Positions 57,992 through 64,000 of a stretch of 64,000 bases of DNA are shown here, in pieces. The first letter of the stretch is position 1. Every line of letters starts with the position of its first letter. A model generated the notes under the pieces. That model was not told the origin of the DNA. It worked only from the letters and a program-made list of their open reading frames with translations, and made no database searches. Made by a program: the position numbers and the translations under genes. Source of the stretch: Alphaproteobacteria bacterium (GTDB lineage Bacteria > Pseudomonadota > Alphaproteobacteria > Bin95); NCBI GenBank assembly GCA_965206075.1, contig CBDBIS010000005.1, positions 3,155,041-3,219,040 of the forward strand, in the 5' to 3' direction.

Positions 57992-60639
57992 TGCTGCCCG
58001 AGGAGCCGGGAGAACGGGCCGCCGGCCTCCCTCAGCGCCTCGTAACTGCCATCCTCCACGGTGCGCCCCTCCTCGACCACGACGGTGCGGGAGAAGCCCT
58101 CCGCCAGCTCCGGCGCCTCCAGCACCCAGACGACGCCGCGCCCTTCCATCGCCGTGCGGACTGCCAGGAAGAGCATCTCGCGCGCCACGCGCTCGACGCC
58201 GGCGGTCGCCATGTTGACCACCAGCAGCGCCGGGCGCTTGAGCAGCGCGCGGGCGAAGGCGAGCTTCTGGCGCTGTGTCTGGGTGAGCCGGCTGCCGCCG
58301 ATGCCGACCTCGAAGGCGAGCCCCGCCTCCATCACGGCGTCGCGGATGCCGACCTCGTCGATCGCCTCGGAGAGCAGCGCGCTCACCCGGGCCGCGCCGT
58401 GGGCCTGGCCGTGGCGGATACGCCCGAAGAGGATGTTGTCCTGTAGGCTCGCGCGCGCCGTGTAGCGGTCCGCCTCGAAGAACTCGACCGAGGCGCGGTC
58501 CGCCTCCGGCAGGCGCTCGCGGAAGAGGCGCCGGGCGGCGAGCAGGTCCGCGCGGATGGCGTCGTCTATGAGGCCGAGGCGGTGGCGCTCCGGGATCAGC
58601 AGGAAGGGCAGGCCCAATAGCCTTTCCCGCTCCTGGGCCTCCAGCCCCGCCAGCCCCACCCGGTCGGCGCGCGCGGCGATGGTGCGGAAGTCCGGCAGGT
58701 CGTCGGCCTCGATGAAGCTGTATTGCTGGAAGAGCTCGTGGCCGGGGTCGATGTCGGCGAACAGCTCCACCATGATCTTCGCTACCTGGAGGCCGATGCC
58801 CTCCAGCCGGTCCAGCAGCCCCGCCTCCTCCAGCACGCTGCGCACGAAGGGGTGGCCGGCCAGGTTCTCCACCTGGAAGGCCGGCCCGATGGGCGCGCCG
58901 AACAGGAGGTTCTCCGCGAGCGTGGCGTTGACATTGTAGGCATGCGCGTCGAAGGGCTCGATGGGGGCCGCGGCGCCCGGCGCGTCGAGGCGGGAGCGGA
59001 GCGCGGCGCGGGCCTCCAGCACGCGCCCGGCGAGGCCGGCATGGGCTTCCGCGTCCAGCACGCCGCGCAGGCCGAGCGTGTAGAGGTCTTCGTCGAGGCC
59101 GACGGCGGCCAGCACCTCCACCATGCGGCGCACCATCTCCTGGCCGGGCCCGGCGCCGGCGGCGTCGTAATCCACCCAGTCCGCGCCGAAATCGGCGTCG
59201 GTGTTGCCGGAGCGCCGGGCCTCGGCCGCCCGGGCCTCGCGGCGGGCCGCGGCCTCCGGTTCGAGGTCCGCGGGGCGGAGCGGCCGGTGGCGCAGCCCGA
59301 ACAGCAGGTTCTCGCGGAGGCTTGCGTTGAACAGGTTGGCGTTCGGCCCGACATAGGCCGCCCGGCGCCCGAACACGGCCTGCGGCAACTCGGCGAGCGC
59401 CGCGCCGTCGAGATGCGCCCGCCCGCCGGTGACGACAGCCAGCCGGGCGGCGAGCAGGCCCAGCTCCTCCTTGCCGCCGCCGCTCGGGCCGACGAGCGCC
59501 ACATGCTCGCCGAGGCCGATGGAAAAGGTGGCGCTGCGCACGGGCTCGGAAATCTCGTCCTCCCGGTAGGCCGCGTTCTCGAAGGCGAGCCGGCTGTCCG
59601 GGCCGAGGTCCGGCAGCGCCTCCGCCTCCTCCACCTGCAGCGCCTCGTCGATCATGCCGGGCGGGTCGAACTGCTGGACGACCTGGTCGTATTTGATGCG
59701 CGCGTCGGCCTGCTGCTGGTAGTAGGCGAGCAGCTCCTTCCAGGGCGCCGACATGTCCTTGTAGGCGGCGAGCACGGCGACCATGGCGCCGAAGCTGAGG
59801 CGGCCCTCGATAATCAGGTAGCCGCCGATGGAATAGAAGAAGAAGGGGGTGAGCTGGGCGAGGAAGTTGTTCAGGAATTTGATGAAGAACTTGCGGCGGA
59901 AGATCTCGTAGCGGATGTCGTAGATGCCGCCGAGCCGCTCCGCGATGTCGGCGCGGAGGCGGTTGGAGCCGTCATCGGCATGGACGGCCTCGATGGTCGA
60001 GATCGACTCGCCGATCCGGTCGGAGAGCCGGCGCACATGCTGCACCCGCTGCTTCGCCAGCGCCGTCACCCGCCGCTGCAGTTTCGGAATCGCATACATC
60101 TGGAAGGGGTAGAGCGCGAGCGCCGCCAGGCCCAGGATCGGCTCCTGGATCAGCATGAAAGCGCCGATGGTGGCGAGGATGCCGAGCTGATAGACGGGCT
60201 GGGCCAGCGCATCGCCCATGAAGCCCCCGAGCGGTTCCACCTCCTGCGTCACCATCGGGATGATCTCGCCCTGGCCCACCCGCTTGAAGACCGGCAGCGG
60301 GAAGCGCAGCAGGCGCGAATAGAGGTCGTAGCGCAGCCGCCGCAGCAGCCGTTCGCCGAGGCGGCCCTTGCCGGCGTTGATGGCGAATTTGAACGCGCCG
60401 TTCAGAAGCACGAGGCCCAGGAAGGCGAAGCTCAGCACCATCAGATACTGGATCTGCCCGAGTTCCAGCCCGAACAGCATGCGGGGGAAGCCGTCGCCGC
60501 CGATGGCGTCGTTGATGATCTGCTTGGGCAGTTCGAGGGAAACGTAGAGCACCGGGAAGGACGCGGCCGTCAGCCCCAGGAGGAAGAGCTGCTGCGGCAG
60601 GCTGTGGCGGAACACGAAGCCGTAGATCGTCTTTTCCAT
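57988..60639 (-). CDS. ABC exporter-like fused TMD-NBD protein with degenerate ATPase motifs and a large NBD insertion
   Basis: 883 aa from the internal ATG (MEKTIYGFVF...). Six-TM ABC_membrane region. Walker A-like GPSGGGKEE, signature-like GGSRLTQTQRQK and Walker B-like LLVVNMAT. NxxLxxN(L/I)LFG occurs three times. Confidence 0.8.
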   Translation of the reverse strand: MEKTIYGFVFRHSLPQQLFLLGLTAASFPVLYVSLELPKQIINDAIGGDGFPRMLFGLELGQIQYLMVLSFAFLGLVLLNGAFKFAINAGKGRLGERLLRRLRYDLYSRLLRFPLPVFKRVGQGEIIPMVTQEVEPLGGFMGDALAQPVYQLGILATIGAFMLIQEPILGLAALALYPFQMYAIPKLQRRVTALAKQRVQHVRRLSDRIGESISTIEAVHADDGSNRLRADIAERLGGIYDIRYEIFRRKFFIKFLNNFLAQLTPFFFYSIGGYLIIEGRLSFGAMVAVLAAYKDMSAPWKELLAYYQQQADARIKYDQVVQQFDPPGMIDEALQVEEAEALPDLGPDSRLAFENAAYREDEISEPVRSATFSIGLGEHVALVGPSGGGKEELGLLAARLAVVTGGRAHLDGAALAELPQAVFGRRAAYVGPNANLFNASLRENLLFGLRHRPLRPADLEPEAAARREARAAEARRSGNTDADFGADWVDYDAAGAGPGQEMVRRMVEVLAAVGLDEDLYTLGLRGVLDAEAHAGLAGRVLEARAALRSRLDAPGAAAPIEPFDAHAYNVNATLAENLLFGAPIGPAFQVENLAGHPFVRSVLEEAGLLDRLEGIGLQVAKIMVELFADIDPGHELFQQYSFIEADDLPDFRTIAARADRVGLAGLEAQERERLLGLPFLLIPERHRLGLIDDAIRADLLAARRLFRERLPEADRASVEFFEADRYTARASLQDNILFGRIRHGQAHGAARVSALLSEAIDEVGIRDAVMEAGLAFEVGIGGSRLTQTQRQKLAFARALLKRPALLVVNMATAGVERVAREMLFLAVRTAMEGRGVVWVLEAPELAEGFSRTVVVEEGRTVEDGSYEALREAGGPFSRLLGQQ

Positions 60640-60796
60640 GCCGGCTGCTCCCGCGCCTCGACCGGTGCCCGCATCATGGGCGTATCCGGCGTAATTGAAA
60701 GTGCGGTCCGGGCGCACGACATTCAATGGAGCGACGTTACCGGAAGCCGCAGCCCGCGCTTCCGCGCCGCGCCGGAGATATGCGATAGTCCATCCC

Positions 60797-62002
60797 ATGC
60801 GAGGCAAGCGTATCCTCATCTACAGCCATGACAGCTTCGGGCTCGGCCATCTGCGCCGCTGCCGGACGATCGCGCATGCGCTGGTCGGCCGGCGCCGGGA
60901 CCTCTCGGTGCTGATCCTGTCGGGCTCGCCGATCATCGGCAGCTTCGACTTCCGCACCCGCGTCGATTTCGTCCGCGTGCCGGGCATGATCAAGCTGCGC
61001 AACGGCGACTACACGCCGCTCAACCTCAACATGGCGCCCGAAGAGACGCTGGCCATGCGCGCCTCGATCATCCGCCACACGGCGGAGATCTTCGACCCGG
61101 ACCTGTTCCTGGTGGACAAGGAGCCGCTCGGCCTGCGCGGCGAAGTGGCCGAGACGCTGGGCATCCTGCGCCAGCGGGGCACGCGCCTCATTCTCGGCCT
61201 GCGCGACGTGATGGATGAGCCGGAAATGCTGGCGCCGGAATGGGAGCGCAAGAATGTCGCTCCGGCGCTCTCCCGTCTCTACGACGAAATCTGGATATAC
61301 GGCCTGCCGCAGATCTGCGACCCGCTGGAGGGACTGGGCCTGCCGGAGCAGGTGCAGCGCAAGGCGGTCTATACCGGCTATCTGCCGCGCAGCGTGCCGG
61401 ATGCGCCGCTCTCGCCGGAAGCCGAGCGCGCGGCGGACGAGCCCTTCGTGCTGGTCACGGCCGGCGGCGGCGGCGACGGCGACGAGCTTATCGACTGGGT
61501 GCTGCGCGCCTATGAACAGGCGGGCCCGCTGCCATGGCGGGCCGTGCTGGTGTTCGGGCCTTTCATGCCCTCGGAGCGCCAGGCGGAGTTCCGCCAGCGG
61601 GCGGCGGCGCTGCCGCGCGTCTCGACGCTGGTGTTTGACGCGCATCTGGAAGCCCTGATGGAGCGGGCCGCCGGCGTGGTCGCGATGGGCGGCTACAATA
61701 CGTTTTGCGAGATCCTCTCGCTCGACAAGCCGGCCGTCATCGTGCCGCGCACCCGGCCCCGTCTGGAGCAGCGCATCCGCGCCGAACGCGCGCAGGAACT
61801 CGGCCTCGTGCGTATGCTCGACCCCGACTACCTTGCCGACGCCCGCGCCATGGCGAGCGCGATCCGCGGCCTCGCCCTCCAGAAGCGGCCGTCCGAGGTG
61901 GTCGTGCCGGGCCTCATGGACGGTGTGGAGAGCATTGCGCGGCTCACCGACCGGGCGCTGGAGCGGCCGGCGGCGGAGCCGCTCAGGCTCGTGCAGCCTT
62001 GA
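60797..62002 (+). CDS. glycosyltransferase (COG4671-like)
   Basis: 401 aa (MRGKRILIYSHDSFGLGHLRRCRTIAHAL...). Confidence 0.7.
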   Translation: MRGKRILIYSHDSFGLGHLRRCRTIAHALVGRRRDLSVLILSGSPIIGSFDFRTRVDFVRVPGMIKLRNGDYTPLNLNMAPEETLAMRASIIRHTAEIFDPDLFLVDKEPLGLRGEVAETLGILRQRGTRLILGLRDVMDEPEMLAPEWERKNVAPALSRLYDEIWIYGLPQICDPLEGLGLPEQVQRKAVYTGYLPRSVPDAPLSPEAERAADEPFVLVTAGGGGDGDELIDWVLRAYEQAGPLPWRAVLVFGPFMPSERQAEFRQRAAALPRVSTLVFDAHLEALMERAAGVVAMGGYNTFCEILSLDKPAVIVPRTRPRLEQRIRAERAQELGLVRMLDPDYLADARAMASAIRGLALQKRPSEVVVPGLMDGVESIARLTDRALERPAAEPLRLVQP

Positions 62003-63231
62003 CCATCGCAACCGTCGTCAAGGGCTGGCCGCGCCTCTCCGAGACCTTCATCGCGCAGGAAGTCCTGGGCCTCGAAGAACGCGGGGTCGCGCAGCGCATC
62101 GTCTCACTGCGCCGCCCGACCGATCCGGCGCGCCATCCGATGCACGAGCAAATCGCGGCCCCGGTCCACTATCTGCCGGAATATGTCCATGAAGAGCCGC
62201 GCCGCGTCTGGCTGGGATGGCGCCGCGCGCGCCGCCTGCCGGGCTATCGTGCCGCGCGCGCCGCCTGGCTCGACGACTGGCGGCGCGACCGGACGCCGAA
62301 CCGGGGGCGGCGCTTCGCCCAGGCCATGGTGCTGGCGGCGGAACTGCCGGAGGACGTCGAGCGCTTCCATGTGCATTTCCTGCACACGCCCGCCTCGGTC
62401 GCCCGCTATGCGAGCCTGATGACCGGCCTGCCCTGGTCCTGCTCGGCCCATGCCAAGGACATCTGGACGACGCCCGAGTGGGAGAAGCGGGAAAAGCTCG
62501 CCGGGTGTGAATGGGTCGCGACCTGCACAAGCGTCGGCGCCGGGCATCTCAGGTCGCTCGCGGCCGCACCGGAGCGCGTGATGCTGGTCTATCACGGCCT
62601 CGATCTCGGCCGTTTCCCTCCGCCGCCGGAGCGCGAGGCGCCCGACGGCAGCGACCCGGCCCGGCCCGTGGTTATCGCCTCGGTCGGCCGCGCGGTGGAG
62701 AAGAAGGGCTACGACACGCTGCTCGCGGCGCTCGGCCTGTTGCCGGCGGAGCTGCATTGGCGCTTCGTGCATATCGGAGGCGGCAAGCTCGCCGGGCGGC
62801 TGGAGCGGGCAGCGGCCGGCCTGCCGGCCCGGTTCCTCGGCGCGCAGCCGCAGGAGAGGGTGGTGGAGGAGCTCCGCAAGGCGGACCTGTTCGCACTCGC
62901 CTGCCGCATCGCCCCCGACGGCGACCGCGACGGCCTGCCCAATGTGCTGATGGAGGCGGCCTCGCAGGGCCTGCCGGCGGTTTCCACGCGGGTCTCGGCG
63001 GTGCCCGAATTCGTACGCGCCGGGGAGACCGGGCTGCTGGTCGAGCCCGAGGACCCGCAGGCCCTTGCCGCGGCGCTCGCCACGCTCATCCGCAACCCGG
63101 CGGAGAGGGCCGCCATGGGCCGCGCGGCCTATGCGCGCGTCCGCACGGCCTTTTCCTTCGAGGCCGGCATCGACCGGCTGGCAGAGCGCTTCGGGACGCC
63201 GACATGCGCATTGCATTCCATGCGCCGCTGA
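61999..63231 (+). CDS. glycosyltransferase family 4 (GT-B)
   Basis: Apparent TTG start overlapping the upstream stop. C-terminal GT1 motif (EGLPNVLMEAASQGLPAVST...E..TGLLVEP). Confidence 0.7.
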   Translation: MTIATVVKGWPRLSETFIAQEVLGLEERGVAQRIVSLRRPTDPARHPMHEQIAAPVHYLPEYVHEEPRRVWLGWRRARRLPGYRAARAAWLDDWRRDRTPNRGRRFAQAMVLAAELPEDVERFHVHFLHTPASVARYASLMTGLPWSCSAHAKDIWTTPEWEKREKLAGCEWVATCTSVGAGHLRSLAAAPERVMLVYHGLDLGRFPPPPEREAPDGSDPARPVVIASVGRAVEKKGYDTLLAALGLLPAELHWRFVHIGGGKLAGRLERAAAGLPARFLGAQPQERVVEELRKADLFALACRIAPDGDRDGLPNVLMEAASQGLPAVSTRVSAVPEFVRAGETGLLVEPEDPQALAAALATLIRNPAERAAMGRAAYARVRTAFSFEAGIDRLAERFGTPTCALHSMRR

Positions 63232-64000
63232 AACCGCCGGACCATCCCGTCCCTTCGGGCGAAAGGCAGATTGCGCGCCTCTTCCTCACCGCGCTGGAGG
63301 CGGCCGGCCACGACGTATTCCTCGCCTCGCGCTTCCGCCCGCTGGACAAGCGGGGCGACCCCTGCCGGCAACGGCGCCTCCGGTCGCTCGGGGAGAGGCT
63401 CGCCGAGCGCCTGGAAGCGCGCCTGCCGGCCTTCGACGTGTGGTTCACCTACCACCTCTACTACAAGGCCCCGGACTGGCTGGGCCCGAGCCTCGCGGCG
63501 GCGCGCGGCGCGGCCTACTGGATAGCGGAAGCGTCGCACGCGCCGAAGCGGGCCGGCGGCTCGTGGGATATCGGACACCGCGCGGTTGGCGAAGCCGTCG
63601 CTTGCGCCGACCGGCTCTTCTGCCTCAACCCGAACGACCGCGCCTGCCTCGCGCCGCTCACCGCGCCGGACCGCCTCATCGACCTGGCGCCATTCCTGGA
63701 TGTCTCGGCCTGGCGGGCGGCGTCCTGCCGGGGCGACCCGCCGCTGCTCGTGACGGTCGCGATGATGCGCGAGGGCGCGAAGCTGGCCTCCTACAGGCGG
63801 CTGGGCGCGGCGCTCGCCGAGTTGGAAGACCTGCCCTGGCGACTGCTTGTCGTCGGCGACGGGCCGGCGCGCGACCGGGTCGAGGCGGCGCTGCCGGCGG
63901 GGCGCACCTGCTGGCTCGGAAGGCGGAGGGAGGCGGAACTTCCGGCGATCCTCGCGAACGCGGACCTGTTCGTCTGGCCGGCGGAGCGCGAGGCCATCGG
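63204..64000 (+). CDS. glycosyltransferase-like protein (3' end cut by window edge)
   Basis: Not in track because there is no stop in the window. ATG at 63204, MRIAFHAPLKPPDHPVPSGERQIARLF...; frame stays open to nt 64000. Confidence 0.55.
   Translation, partial: MRIAFHAPLKPPDHPVPSGERQIARLFLTALEAAGHDVFLASRFRPLDKRGDPCRQRRLRSLGERLAERLEARLPAFDVWFTYHLYYKAPDWLGPSLAAARGAAYWIAEASHAPKRAGGSWDIGHRAVGEAVACADRLFCLNPNDRACLAPLTAPDRLIDLAPFLDVSAWRAASCRGDPPLLVTVAMMREGAKLASYRRLGAALAELEDLPWRLLVVGDGPARDRVEAALPAGRTCWLGRRREAELPAILANADLFVWPAEREAI

Noticed and set aside
58723-62011. Long ORFs 58723..60831 (+) and 60737..62011 (-)
   Set aside because: They are antisense shadows of the ABC exporter-like gene and of the COG4671-like glycosyltransferase.

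Overview
High-G+C (by eye, not computed) alphaproteobacterial, Rhizobiales-like chromosomal segment. All calls come from hand reading and the supplied ORF track, so coordinates of non-coding features may be off by a few nt. Conserved housekeeping blocks are sufS-D-C-B plus an Rrf2 regulator, fabG-acpP-fabF-mltG-yicC-gmk, an ABC-2/GldG-like transporter cluster, regB/regA (actS/actR), maeB, ubiA, and a cNMP-binding protein with an ABC protein and three glycosyltransferases. These are interspersed with metabolic genes (LLM oxidoreductases, amidases, SDR, FAD oxidases) and small accessory islets. The accessory content is as follows. (1) A non-coding, promoter-bearing GC-rich module that I cannot place in any known family, present in four copies (11352-12402, 12484-12840, 21994-23138, 39922-40308). 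One copy is split by an ORF-less, class-C-like group II intron. One copy carries a 289-aa ORF that contains an in-frame 237-nt MITE. One copy forms the leader of a VOC-amidase-AtzH-like operon. (2) A visibly low-G+C islet holding a stand-alone RloC/PrrC-like anticodon nuclease, next to a HicB-like/DUF433 module and an IS630 remnant. (3) A vsr-dcm pair with an apparently truncated restriction gene. An orphan Phd-like antitoxin and a higBA cassette sit alongside it, and the higBA cassette is flanked by a ~145-bp duplication of the bcr 5' end. (4) VapBC and a DUF433-fusion/DUF5615 pair. (5) An ABC exporter-like protein whose ATPase motifs are all degenerate and whose helical-subdomain motif is triplicated. 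I found no rRNA gene, intact tRNA gene or CRISPR array. Many long ORFs in the track are antisense or off-frame shadows typical of high-G+C DNA and were rejected.
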